A DNA stretch of 64,000 bases from Oceanispirochaeta sp. (GTDB lineage Bacteria; Spirochaetota; Spirochaetia; DSM-2461): NCBI GenBank assembly GCA_963663385.2, contig CAXXXD010000002.1:1-64000 (forward strand), written 5' to 3'. The translations under genes were made by a program, and so were the position numbers. Each line of letters begins with the position of its first letter. Positions within the stretch are counted from its first letter, which is position 1. Shown piece after piece: positions 10,601 through 17,589 of the stretch. A model generated the notes under the pieces. It did not search any database. It saw nothing but the letters and a program-made list of their open reading frames with translations, and was not told the DNA's origin.

Positions 10601-11318
10601 CGGTATCCATAGTGATGAAATCCGGGAAGGCACTTCTGTAACAGTCTTTGACGGAAGCGAGAAATTGATGGACCGGGATATTCTGCTCCAGGCAAGGATC
10701 AATGCGACTGCCCTGCAGAATACCTCCATGAGTCTATATTACGATGCCAACGTGGATGAAAACAAGGTCGTCAATAACCTCTGGCTGCCCATCTACCACC
10801 AGGAACTGGCTCCGATCGGGAACTATGCCTCTCGTTATGTTAATGCCTCCTCCGTACTGGGGAACGGCCTGCAGGAGTTTGTTCTTCCTTCCACCGATGA
10901 AGATATGGAAACAGGTAACACCATGGAGTTTTTCTTTATGCTGGGCAGTCTGCCCTGCGTCTACCTGGAAGACAGTTCCGATATCTGGAGCTTCAGGCCC
11001 TGGTCCATACAGATAAAGGATATCCGTAAGCAGCGGGGCGGTGTTACCATCCTGAATAATATAATCAACCCCCTTGAGGGCGAAGAGGCCATCCTGATGT
11101 ACGACCTGGATAAACCCGGTGTTACTACGGTACAGATCTTCGCCCTGAACGGGAATATGGTCCGTATCCTCCATCGGGGAAGACAGGCGGAAGGAACCTA
11201 CCAGTACCTCTGGGACGGCCGGAACAACAGCGGCCAGGTAGTCGCCCGCGGCGTCTACTTCATCCGAGTAGTAGGTCCCGACACAGACGAAATACGAAAA
11301 GTAATGGTTATAAAATAG
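3..11318 (+). CDS. Giant repetitive surface/adhesin-like protein (5'-truncated; >3770 aa visible) with Gly/Thr/Asn-rich beta-solenoid-like repeats and a C-terminal FlgD-Ig-like domain
   Basis: Frame is open from base 3 (TFSGSVTAGTINT...), so the 336 start in the ORF track is artificial. 124-aa and ~161-aa repeats; C-terminus ...YLWDGRNNSGQVVARGVYFIRV...KVMVIK. Confidence 0.9.
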   Translation, partial: TFSGSVTAGTINTTALETYNVIFNGGGTITNAVNFTNSGTVTLGNDNLDSITFNGGVDTDGNPSGTNVAGSIITSNDTIALGAITLTDTTTLDSGGGAITITSITGPHNLLLAAGIAGGTTTVSGAVTNLGSGTGSALDVNNGATGLVHFQSTFGGNSGLTAGAATSVRFDDNVTLGNGNTATNLAGAVQLDGLTFSGFDGLTFGALTLSTAAVTLDSNGGNIAVTTITGPQNLLLAAGVGVGTTTVSGAVTNLGSGTGAALDVNNGVTGLVRFQSTFGGNSGLTAGAATSVRFDDNVTLANGNTATNLAGAVQLDGLTFSGFDGLTFGATTLSTATVNLDSNGSAINITTLTGPQNLLLAAGVGIGTTTVSGAVTNLGSGTGAALDVNNGVTGLVRFQSTFGGNSGLTAGAATNVRFDDNVTLGNGNTATNLAGAVQLDGLTFSGFDGLTFNALTLSTAAVTLDSNGSAINITTLTGPQNLLLAAGVGVGTTTVSGAVTNLGSGTGAALDVNNGVTGLVRFQSTFGGNSGLTAGAATSVRFDDNVTLGNGNTATNLAGAVQLDGLTFSGFDGLTFGATTLSTAAVNLTTSDGTNITTGGITGGSQDLTVNAGATGDIVLDSMTAVGTFTVSNSNSTTVTNATAATTITLTDTTGDITFSGSVTAGTINTTALETYNVIFNGGGTITNAVNFTNSGTVTLGNDNLDSITFNGGVDTDGNPSGTNVAGSIITSNDTIALGAITLTDTTTLDSGGGAITITSITGPHNLLLAAGIAGGTTTVSGGVTNLGSGTGSALDVNNGATGLVHFQSTFGGNSGLTAGAATSVRFDDNVTLGNGNTATNLAGAVQLDGLTFSGFDGLTFGALTLSTAAVTLDSNGGNIAVTTITGPQNLLLVAGVGVGTTTVSGAVTNLGSGTGAALDVNNGVTGLVRFQSTFGGNSGLTAGAATSVRFDDNVTLGNGNTATNLAGAVQLDGLTFSGFDGLTFGATTLSTATVNLDSNGSAINITTLTGPQNLLLAAGVGIGTTTVSGAVTNLGSGTGAVLDVNNGVTGLVRFQSTFGGNSGLTAGAATNVRFDDNVTLGNGNTATNLAGAVQLDGLTFSGFDGLTFGATTLSTAAVTLDSNGSAINITTLTGPQNLLLAAGVGVGTTTVSGAVTNLGSGTGAALDVNNGVTGLVRFQSTFGGNSGLTAGAATSVRFDDNVTLGNGNTATNLAGAVQLDGLTFSGFDGLTFGATTLSTAAVNLTTSDGTNITTGAITGGSQDLTVNAGATGDIVLDSMTAVGTFTVSNSNSTTVTNATAATTITLTDTTGDITFSGSVTAGTINTTALETYNVIFNGGGTITNAVNFTNSGTVTLGNDNLDSITFNGGVDTDGNPSGTNVAGSIITSNDTIALGAITLTDTTTLDSGGGAITITSITGPHNLLLAAGIAGGTTTVSGAVTNLGSGTGSALDVNNGATGLVHFQSTFGGNSGLTAGAATSVRFDDNVTLGNGNTATNLAGAVQLDGLTFSGFDGLTFGALTLSTAAVTLDSNGGNIAVTTITGPQNLLLAAGVGVGTTTVSGAVTNLGSGTGAALDVNNGVTGLVRFQSTFGGNSGLTAGAATSVRFDDNVTLGNGNTATNLAGAVQLDGLTFSGFDGLTFGATTLSTAAVNLTTSDGTNITTGAITGGSQDLTVNAGATGDIVLDSMTAVGTFTVSNSNSTTVTNATAATTITLTDTTGDITFSGSVTAGTINTTALETYNVIFNGGGTITNAVNFTNSGTVTLGNDNLDSITFNGGVDTDGNPSGTNVAGSIITSNDTIALGAITLTDTTTLDSGGGAITITSITGPHNLLLAAGIAGGTTTVSGAVTNLGSGTGSALDVNNGATGLVHFQSTFGGNSGLTAGAATSVRFDDNVTLGNGNTATNLAGAVQLDGLTFSGFDGLTFGALTLSTAAVTLDSNGGNIAVTTITGPQNLLLAAGVGVGTTTVSGAVTNLGSGTGAALDVNNGVTGLVRFQSTFGGNSGLTAGAATSVRFDDNVTLANGNTATNLAGAVQLDGLTFSGFDGLTFGATTLSTATVNLDSNGSAINITTLTGPQNLLLAAGVGIGTTTVSGAVTNLGSGTGAALDVNNGVTGLVRFQSTFGGNSGLTAGAATNVRFDDNVTLGNGNTATNLAGAVQLDGLTFSGFDGLTFNALTLSTAAVTLDSNGSAINITTLTGPQNLLLAAGVGVGTTTVSGAVTNLGSGTGAALDVNNGVTGLVRFQSTFGGNSGLTAGAATSVRFDDNVTLGNGNTATNLAGAVQLDGLTFSGFDGLTFGATTLSTAAVTLDSNGSAINITTLTGPRNLLLAAGVGIGTTTVSGAVINLGSGTGAALDVNNGVTGLVRFQSTFGGNSGLTAGAATSVRFDDNVTLGNGDTATNLAGAVQLDGLTFSGFDGLTFGALTLSTAAVTLDSNDGNIVVTTITGPQNLLLAAGVGVGTTTVSGAVTNLGSGTGAALDVNNGATGLVRFQSTFGGNSGITSGTNTNLRFDQNVTLGDGDTGTNLAGDVQLDGLNFSCFDGFTAGDLGTDALTISGAAVGINSNSSNLTINSEVFGGTQDLSLNSGTADVLIQGVIANLPVNVLQTLTITADDAELYNIGSAGNSGVQGNVSVTTTNSIVLDGQYYNTGGSQTYSAGPDPIAGNGADGGIRLLLTGNGEFRATSITFGDTLAQALNNIGDVYLDFNGFILNLYTNITCGQFTFFRGTFNTNGNDISTSNNLGRDFVIFGANFDEDDHDWDGNGNLNLVEVDDSRFDYPNRASLAYDPGIGVCNAVLGDLFGSSITVGSGSSGSFYVNGEDLDATGGWNLTVRDNSSSPGLIYNAALTAANWGTPYNIAFNLQVDNCTVSGGSISAAEPEVAPVETNNNITNGGGNTLYNPVGPINGWDFDRPDIVSARTVWDDVIEITFDEPIENTNNEISDIVGIAGFQSHTDTVTIGATYSSFNSITGAAVTTDGAEDLTTFYVRVNGTWNTDAIGTDAGTATSSDADGIHKTTLPDLSFIKSALYDAGGKNPVRNYNRNTYAIYNSTTDGAGPALVAVKAGTEAYTATTTSNYANGHNYFKLRYSEPLAFNTSAAVELASGDVNKPCGDYGLAGGQYLGHMADRTTSGTVTVQGIFSYTGVFESGHIPDSNGSAYTDQVNSIDRPNDYELHINIAGYFDDVYNNLWPGYIGSTGVTLTSPHGAAYASLNDTGVLDVNGNQVISQATGRTINQNLSFAAGSDWNAITDTGWDVDPPVLAPYKIDGIYEIIPQDKTVNTIIDRFEYHLLDDSADFDTWDNETMHVDSNRGIRDTSIQDVEAFSFEASGITPLTGSYCQSYSTQVDNSVFDLNPINVADDLYFSINLQDSGHNWDTLTKMWASYNEDTGFLTDLAGNRLRSYSELRAVESIPPGITLTLAVPGNDWCYVKFSESVYGNNTASAAISAGDFYLTGTTVTISSVESWPGDDEDKIYRFNLSEPLTENDIVKSYIAVRPLSVYDTEGNPYQDQLIHRISDLGFNIVEPLWASDGIHSDEIREGTSVTVFDGSEKLMDRDILLQARINATALQNTSMSLYYDANVDENKVVNNLWLPIYHQELAPIGNYASRYVNASSVLGNGLQEFVLPSTDEDMETGNTMEFFFMLGSLPCVYLEDSSDIWSFRPWSIQIKDIRKQRGGVTILNNIINPLEGEEAILMYDLDKPGVTTVQIFALNGNMVRILHRGRQAEGTYQYLWDGRNNSGQVVARGVYFIRVVGPDTDEIRKVMVIK

Positions 11319-11320
11319 GA

Positions 11321-11450
11321 CCTCCCCCTGGCCCCCCTCCTCAGGGAGGGGGAATTTGTCTTATTTCTCCCCTTGAGGGGATGAGAGAGGGGTTCGGAAC
11401 AGGCTGGTCATGTTGTCTCTGAGATCCCCGAGGGAAGCCGAGGGGGAAGG
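11321..11450. repeat. Composite REP-like palindromic element between convergent genes
   Basis: CCTCCCCCTGGCCCCCCTCC-tcag-GGAGGGGGAA...TTATTTCTCCCCTT is a near copy, in reverse orientation, of 46741-46792. Confidence 0.8.
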
Positions 11451-11451
11451 G

Positions 11452-12792
11452 TCACTCCCAGGGGCTTTCCGAATATTCCAGAACAGGATCGGCAATCAGT
11501 ATGGAACCGCAGGAAAGACGGTTCCAGCTGCTGTCGGTACTGCCCGGGTTGGAGGGGGAGACTGAGAGTTCCAGTACCGGATCATCCGAGGTCTGGGAAA
11601 CCTGAATCAGATTCGATGAGGCAAAAACAAGCTGTACCCACCCTTCACTCCAGTCTCCGGCATACGTACCGGTGGTTGTAGCGTAGGCCGTTTTCAGTTC
11701 TTCCGTTTTGTAGAATACCTTCTGATCGTCCACATTCACCAGGTTGTCCACATCATACCCGCGGATTCCCAGTTCCACCCTGTCCGAGTGAAAGCTGTTA
11801 ACCGGCAGGGTACTTTCCTCTTTCACATAGATGGAAAATTTATAATACCCGTCTATCAGTTCCATGTCATCCCTGTGGTCGATAGTCAGTTTTATACGGG
11901 TACGGAGATCAAATTCGTTCAGTATCCCGTCATCTACTTCTTTTATAGGCTTACTTGCACCTTCTGAGCCTCTGATAATTCGAAAATTATCCAGATATCC
12001 ACCATGAGCCTTCTCTGCATAACCGGTAATGCCAAGACTATCTGTATTTTCTTCAAAATTGGTCTCGGAAGCAGTAAAAATATTATCATTTAACTGTCCC
12101 TCTACTGGAGAAATAGGAGGATATGTATTCCGGATGTCCCTACTGGCATCATCATTAATACCATTTTCACCACCGAATGCTTGGAAAAAATTGCTATCTT
12201 CCAGATTTGGTTCGTCCGAAGTCAGTTTCCAGTTTGGAATGAAATACAAAGTGAATTGTGCTGCCGTTCGATAGTCAAACTGGAAGTAATATCGTTTACC
12301 TGGGACGTAGTTACGGGGAATAATAAAAGCTTCTTTTAGTTTTATTTTAATATATTCTTCGTTTAATGTTTGAATATAAGCCGTATTATTATCTAGAGTA
12401 TAAGATCCTGTATTTAAAATCTCCATTTTGGTGTTAAGAGGTGTCGTTGTCACTATATCTGTTGCAGTGTTGAAAAATACCCAGGGGGTTTTGGGATCTG
12501 TGGCCGATTCAAAATCCCCGTTGGTCAGTAAATTCTTTATTTCCAGTCTGTATACGGGGCCCCCTGCCGGGCCGGTTTCTCCGGTAGGGCTGAAATCCAT
12601 ATAATCGGTGGCGCTGGTTCCGGCGGCATCCTCTTCAAAGTTCATATCCGGCATCAGGGACCAGTCCGCCAGGGTGTTGCCGGCCAGAAAGTTTTCCCCC
12701 TCGTATTCATCAAAGGAGGGATCCAGATCGCAGGTTGTCAGGAGGAGGGCGCTTACTATAAGGATGTAAAGACAAAACCTTTTTATAACCAT
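11452..12792 (-). CDS. Hypothetical lipoprotein, possibly with a carbohydrate-binding-like (NLLxNGDFE) domain
   Basis: 446-aa ORF; signal MVIKRFCLYILIVSALLLTT-C; NLLTNGDFE resembles the start of CBM4/9-type jelly-roll domains. Confidence 0.75.
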   Translation of the reverse strand: MVIKRFCLYILIVSALLLTTCDLDPSFDEYEGENFLAGNTLADWSLMPDMNFEEDAAGTSATDYMDFSPTGETGPAGGPVYRLEIKNLLTNGDFESATDPKTPWVFFNTATDIVTTTPLNTKMEILNTGSYTLDNNTAYIQTLNEEYIKIKLKEAFIIPRNYVPGKRYYFQFDYRTAAQFTLYFIPNWKLTSDEPNLEDSNFFQAFGGENGINDDASRDIRNTYPPISPVEGQLNDNIFTASETNFEENTDSLGITGYAEKAHGGYLDNFRIIRGSEGASKPIKEVDDGILNEFDLRTRIKLTIDHRDDMELIDGYYKFSIYVKEESTLPVNSFHSDRVELGIRGYDVDNLVNVDDQKVFYKTEELKTAYATTTGTYAGDWSEGWVQLVFASSNLIQVSQTSDDPVLELSVSPSNPGSTDSSWNRLSCGSILIADPVLEYSESPWE

Positions 12793-12797
12793 AATTA

Positions 12798-12826
12798 ATC
12801 ATACCCCCCCCAGCGTTATTTCTCAA
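12798..12826 (-). promoter_or_regulatory. Sigma70-like promoter with G8 tract in the spacer
   Basis: Minus strand TTGAGA-aataacgctGGGGGGGG(17 nt)-TATGAT, then 5 nt, then the ATG at 12792. Confidence 0.65.
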
Positions 12827-12871
12827 TATTTGAGGGAAAAAAGCGATGCGACTTGTGTTAAAATAACAGTT

Positions 12872-13756
12872 ATGGAGAAAAAAAAGCCCTTAATCAGCGC
12901 TATTATCCCGGTCTATAACAGACCCGGGCATATTCGCGAGGCCATCCAATCGGTCCTGGTTCAAACCTGGCGGCCCCTGGAACTGATTGTCGGAGATGAC
13001 GGTTCCACCGATCAGACACGGCAGGAAGTTCAAAAGGCCGTAGAGAATTTCCGTTCTGCCGATGTACGGGGAAAAATCCTGGATTTGAAACACAGCGGCT
13101 TTCCCGGAGCGGTGCGGAACCGTTGTGTCGAAGAGGCATCGGGAGAGTATCTGGCCTTTCTGGATTCGGATGACCTCTGGCTTCCCCGTAAGCTGGAAAA
13201 GCAGATCGCCCTGTTTCTGGAAGAACCGGAGCTGCAGCTGGTTCATACCCGGGAGGAGTGGAACCGCTCCGGTAAAATCATCTCCCAGTCGAAGCTGCGG
13301 CATAAACGGGGGGGCGATGTCTTTATGGATGCTCTGAAAAAGTGCATTATCGGGCCTTCCACAGTAATGATCCGAAGGGACTTCTATCAGGAGACCGGAG
13401 GTTTTCGGGACGATCTGGAGATTGCAGAAGATTACGAGTACTGGCTTCGCCTGACTGCTGTTACGGAAGTCCGGTTTCTGGATGATCCCCTGACGGTCAA
13501 ACGGGCCGGGCATAATGATCAGCTCTCGGAAAAATACGGTCATATAGAAAAGTTTCGTCTGGAGGGCTTGAAATCTTTGGTGGATAGCGAATACTTTCAT
13601 GACTGGCATGCCGTGGAAGCCGCTGCGGAGCTGTCCCGTAAATGCCTGGTTTACGGCCGGGGCTGCATGAAGCGGGGTAAAACATCAGAAGGTCAGGAGT
13701 ATCTGGATCTGGCGGGGTATTACGAAGTGCTGGCAGAAAAAATGAGGGGAGTATAG
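12872..13756 (+). CDS. Glycosyltransferase family 2
   Basis: ISAIIPVYNR, ELIVGDDGSTD, YLAFLDSDDLW, EDYEYWLRL motifs. Confidence 0.9.
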   Translation: MEKKKPLISAIIPVYNRPGHIREAIQSVLVQTWRPLELIVGDDGSTDQTRQEVQKAVENFRSADVRGKILDLKHSGFPGAVRNRCVEEASGEYLAFLDSDDLWLPRKLEKQIALFLEEPELQLVHTREEWNRSGKIISQSKLRHKRGGDVFMDALKKCIIGPSTVMIRRDFYQETGGFRDDLEIAEDYEYWLRLTAVTEVRFLDDPLTVKRAGHNDQLSEKYGHIEKFRLEGLKSLVDSEYFHDWHAVEAAAELSRKCLVYGRGCMKRGKTSEGQEYLDLAGYYEVLAEKMRGV

Positions 13757-13761
13757 GCGTA

Positions 13762-14148
13762 ATGGGATCAGATAAGAAAAAACAGAGAAGAGAAGAAAAC
13801 CGGGCGCTCCAGGGATTTTATATTCAGAGCCAGACCGGCATTATCAATGTAAAGGATGTGGATGAAGTAAAGGATATTCTGAATAAGCTGGGTGAACCCT
13901 ACAGGAAAATCCTTCCCGACCTGGAACTGTTCTACTTTTTTGTGATTTTTGCCTGGAATCTGTCATTTGCTCCCGAAAGCATTTTTGATCAGGAGCTGGA
14001 TAACTTTATGGCCCCCTATAAGGGGCACAGCGATGAGTTTAAATCCGCCGCCCGGGCCCTGATCCTTGATCTGGTGGAGAGGAAAAAGGCCCTTTTTCCG
14101 AACGACAAATATACTTTCGGCTCCTATACGGACACCCCGGCTAATTAA
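13762..14148 (+). CDS. Hypothetical protein
   Basis: 128-aa ORF directly after GT2, preceded by a GGGGGAG RBS-like sequence. Confidence 0.7.
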   Translation: MGSDKKKQRREENRALQGFYIQSQTGIINVKDVDEVKDILNKLGEPYRKILPDLELFYFFVIFAWNLSFAPESIFDQELDNFMAPYKGHSDEFKSAARALILDLVERKKALFPNDKYTFGSYTDTPAN

Positions 14149-14981
14149 AGAATATTCCCGGCTTCTTCCCTGATAATTTCAAGGAGTTCGGGGTCTTTAG
14201 CGGCATAACGGAGAGTCGCCCGGAGGAATCCGGCGGGTTCTCCCGTATCCAGTCGTTCTCCTTCGGTTTCCTTGAATACAACCTTTCCCTGATCCATCAG
14301 TTTTGTCAGAGCGTAAATATGATAGTACTCACCGCCTGTATGTTTTTCCCAGCCTTCCTGCAGGTACTGAAAAAACTCCGGGGTATAAAGGTAACGTCCT
14401 ATGGAAACCTCTTTGCTGGGTGCCTGCCCGACAGGGGGCTTTTCAATTATCCCTTTAACATGTTTCCTGTCCTCCGCCAGATCCAGCACGCCGTAGCGTT
14501 CCAGGTGGGGCGGGTTATGGATGGTAGCCAGAACGCTGCAGCCTGTTTCTTTATAGCTTTCGATCAGCTGACCGGAAAGGGGTTTTTCTCCCATATGGAT
14601 ATCATCGGGGTAGGCGACAATAACAGGTTCGTCTCCTATAAGAGGAGCCGCCTGAAGCAGGGCATGTCCGGTTCCCATCATCTCGGTCTGTCGGATAAAG
14701 GCGAACCGGGCGTCATGGGGTTTTATGGAATCCAGTTTGGATTCGGCTCCTTCCCGGCGGAAGATCCCTTCCATTTCCATTTCCCGGTCAAAAAAATCCT
14801 CCAGAACTTTCTTTCTTCTGGAAGAAATGACGATAATATCTTTGATGCCTGATTCAATGAATTCCTCTATTATAAAGGAAATGGAGGGTTTGTTGATCAG
14901 GGGAAGCATTTCTTTGGGGATAGTTTTTGTTACTGGCAGAAAACGGGTTCCGTAACCAGCGGCAACAATGATACCTTTCAT
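14145..14981 (-). CDS. galU: UTP-glucose-1-phosphate uridylyltransferase-like nucleotidyltransferase
   Basis: MKGIIVAAGYGTRFLPVTKTIPKEMLP; GTGHALL; IIEKP; RBS GAGGAG upstream of 14981. Confidence 0.8.
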   Translation of the reverse strand: MKGIIVAAGYGTRFLPVTKTIPKEMLPLINKPSISFIIEEFIESGIKDIIVISSRRKKVLEDFFDREMEMEGIFRREGAESKLDSIKPHDARFAFIRQTEMMGTGHALLQAAPLIGDEPVIVAYPDDIHMGEKPLSGQLIESYKETGCSVLATIHNPPHLERYGVLDLAEDRKHVKGIIEKPPVGQAPSKEVSIGRYLYTPEFFQYLQEGWEKHTGGEYYHIYALTKLMDQGKVVFKETEGERLDTGEPAGFLRATLRYAAKDPELLEIIREEAGNIL

Positions 14982-15020
14982 ATTTGTATACTCCTCAATG
15001 GTATGGGTAGCACAGGTATT

Positions 15021-16865
15021 ATGGGCAGGGAGATTAAAAATATCAATAAGCAGGCACATTCCGGTTGTTTAAGTTTCAGGTTATTTCTCTTTTTTCTGCT
15101 GATAACGGCATTATTCTGTCTTTCAGGATGCACCGGGTTTAAACCGGAACTCCTTACCTACACCGGGGAACGGGATCAGATTATAGAGGATGTCCTGCGG
15201 CGCGGACGAATATACTCCCTGCGTTTAGAGGATGAACAGGCTCTGATTGATCTGCTGGAAGACCCGGATCCGGAAGTCCGTATGACCGTTCTGAAAATTA
15301 TGGAAGACAACCCTTCCCAGACTATATATGATGCTGTTCTGAGGGCTACCCTTGATCAGGATGATGATATTACAGATGAGGCTTACCGGATTCTGCTGGA
15401 TAACTGGGAAGAAGCCCGATTTGCTGCCATCAGGGGGCTGAATGCCTTGTCGGCATCTATAATTCTTTCCTCCATAAACGTGATTAATAAAAAGGAAAGT
15501 GCAGAGGACGGTCGTTACCTGCTGACTCTCTTCTCTGATTCAAGGAAAATTATACGTTCTTCCGCTTCGAGGAATTATGCCCGTACCGGTTCCTATGAAG
15601 ATCCCTGGTTTCAGGATATGCTGCATCATGAGGATCCGGTTTCAAAACTGACTGCCGTGGAAACCCTTTCCCGGTTCGGGGATCCCCGCCTGATACCGGA
15701 AATTATCCCCTATATCCGCGACAGTAATCCGGAGATTGGCAGGGCGGCTCTTTTCGGGTTGTCTGAATTTGATGATAAAGCTCTCCCCTATCTTCATAAT
15801 GTCCTTCGTTTCAAGTCAGATGATGATCTTAGGATCGATGTCCTTCAGATTGTTGAGGGAATTCTCGATTCTTCCAGCATTCCTGTTTTAATATCCCTGA
15901 TGGATGATGGAAACAAGCGGATTGCCCTGAAGTCGGTTGAAATCCTTCTCCGTTACGGGGCGGACAGGGTTGTCCCGTTTCTGGTTGATGCAATGGGATC
16001 CATGGATAGAACAGCGCTTACCCAATCCTTCCTGCTGGCAACGAAATTCCAGGATCAGAGGCTGCTTCCCCTTCTGGCCGCTTATTTTACTGACGATGAT
16101 TCTGAAATATCCGGGGCTTCCATAGATGCTGTAAGAAGTTACGGAGGCCTTGCCGCTGACTTTCTGCTGGATCAGCTTGAAATTGAGTCAGCCTCCCGTT
16201 CTATCTTTCTGAAGCTTCTTGTGGAGTTGAGGGAGCCCAGGCTTGTGTATGACAGTGAAAGCGCGGAATACCGTACGGATAATATCTTCCTTCTCTTCGA
16301 GCTTGTCTCACAGGATGAAATTTTTGAATATCTGCGGTATGTCTCTCTTCCATCCAGGATCGTAACGGCTTTATGGAGCCTGTATGATATAGAAACGAAT
16401 ACGGCCCTCTATCAGAAATGCCGCCGATCCGCCCGTCATAACGTCTATCCCTATTTCTACTATTTCAGGGAATGGGAACAGTTTATGCTTAATGCCGAAG
16501 CCAGCCGGACAGCATCCTTTACATATCTGCAGTATTTCTTCGATACGGATGAAAAAAAATGGCTGCACGAGTCGGATATGCTCCGTGATACGGCAGAACT
16601 CTATGGAAAAGGGGCGGAACGCTCCTACGGGAGGGCTGTAAGCAGCGGTAGATCCGCTTCGGAGGAGGAACTGGCTCTTCTGGCGGATTACCAGGAGAGC
16701 CGCCTCTCTCTGATCAGCCGGTGGCGGAGTCTGACCAGTGATATTCAGGACCTGGGGCGTCTGATCTTTCTGCGGTACTCCCTGGATATCGAATCCCTTG
16801 CGGAGGAGTATGATTTTTTCCGTTCCGTTCCCAAAGGGGATTTCCCCGTTCCGGAGAATTTCTGA
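15021..16865 (+). CDS. HEAT-repeat lipoprotein
   Basis: Hydrophobic segment ending LSG-C; repeated L..D.dp.VR..A motifs (LLEDPDPEVR, YIRDSNPEIGRAA). Exact start uncertain. Confidence 0.75.
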   Translation: MGREIKNINKQAHSGCLSFRLFLFFLLITALFCLSGCTGFKPELLTYTGERDQIIEDVLRRGRIYSLRLEDEQALIDLLEDPDPEVRMTVLKIMEDNPSQTIYDAVLRATLDQDDDITDEAYRILLDNWEEARFAAIRGLNALSASIILSSINVINKKESAEDGRYLLTLFSDSRKIIRSSASRNYARTGSYEDPWFQDMLHHEDPVSKLTAVETLSRFGDPRLIPEIIPYIRDSNPEIGRAALFGLSEFDDKALPYLHNVLRFKSDDDLRIDVLQIVEGILDSSSIPVLISLMDDGNKRIALKSVEILLRYGADRVVPFLVDAMGSMDRTALTQSFLLATKFQDQRLLPLLAAYFTDDDSEISGASIDAVRSYGGLAADFLLDQLEIESASRSIFLKLLVELREPRLVYDSESAEYRTDNIFLLFELVSQDEIFEYLRYVSLPSRIVTALWSLYDIETNTALYQKCRRSARHNVYPYFYYFREWEQFMLNAEASRTASFTYLQYFFDTDEKKWLHESDMLRDTAELYGKGAERSYGRAVSSGRSASEEELALLADYQESRLSLISRWRSLTSDIQDLGRLIFLRYSLDIESLAEEYDFFRSVPKGDFPVPENF

Positions 16866-16894
16866 TTTATCTGCCAGGATGGATTAGAGACAAT

Positions 16895-16923
16895 TTGATT
16901 GTTCATGCAAAACGCAGTAAAAT
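16895..16923 (+). promoter_or_regulatory. Sigma70-like promoter of TA operon with overlapping ATGCA...TGCAT inverted repeat
   Basis: TTGATT-N17-TAAAAT; ATGCA/TGCAT half-sites flank the -10. Confidence 0.6.
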
Positions 16924-16941
16924 TGAATGCATGGAGGCCCT

Positions 16942-17184
16942 ATGCCCATACTGCAGGTCCGGGATGTACCGGAAGATCTATACGAAACTCTCTCCAGAGT
17001 AGCCAGAGAAGATAACAGAAGTATTTCCCAGGAAACCATTGTTTTATTGAGAACTGCCCTGAATTTGAAGCAGGAAAGAGTTCTCAGGCGTAAAGTTGTT
17101 ATGGAAAATATGGAAGAAGTGGACATCGACAGCTCCGACTGGCCTGACCCTGTAGATTTGATTCGGGAAGACAGGGATAGATGA
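16942..17184 (+). CDS. FitA/Arc-like ribbon-helix-helix antitoxin
   Basis: MPILQVRDVPEDLYETL...A...RSISQE pattern, acidic C-terminus, GGAGG RBS, 4-nt overlap with PIN gene. Confidence 0.85.
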   Translation: MPILQVRDVPEDLYETLSRVAREDNRSISQETIVLLRTALNLKQERVLRRKVVMENMEEVDIDSSDWPDPVDLIREDRDR

Positions 17185-17579
17185 CTGTTGTTCTCGATGC
17201 CAATGCAGCACTTGAGCTTATACTAAGACGTCTCCGTTCAGCTGAGATCGGGGAGATTATAACCAATGCCACTAAAGTAATTAGTCCTGAACTGTTTCAA
17301 TATGAACTAACCAATGTAATGGCCAAGTATGTAAAGGGCGGATATCTGGCTAAAGATGCAGGTTCAAAACTGATTAGCTATGCTTTTGAATTAATAGATG
17401 AGTATTATCCTGCTAAGGACTTTAACCAGGAGTCTTACCATGAATCCATTCGCCTGGATCACTCTGCTTATGATCTGTTCTATCTGATCCTGGCCAGAAG
17501 AACCGGTGCCAAACTGCTCACGCTGGATAAGAAACTGTCCTCTCTGGCCATAAACGAAGGGATCGATCTTATCAGGTAA
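17181..17579 (+). CDS. vapC: VapC-family PIN-domain toxin
   Basis: VVLDANA, YEL, SAYDL.Y..LA, LLTLDKKL: the acidic PIN residues are present. Confidence 0.88.
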   Translation: MTVVLDANAALELILRRLRSAEIGEIITNATKVISPELFQYELTNVMAKYVKGGYLAKDAGSKLISYAFELIDEYYPAKDFNQESYHESIRLDHSAYDLFYLILARRTGAKLLTLDKKLSSLAINEGIDLIR

Positions 17580-17589
17580 AATTTCCTTT

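Noticed and set aside
48..10729. Many minus-strand ORFs (up to 454 aa) over the giant gene
   Set aside because: Antisense shadows of a repetitive, codon-biased gene. They recur with the repeat period and have no independent motifs.
12878..12885. A8 run at the start of the GT2 gene as a phase-variable tract
   Set aside because: Explained by consecutive Lys codons; A-runs of this length are common here.
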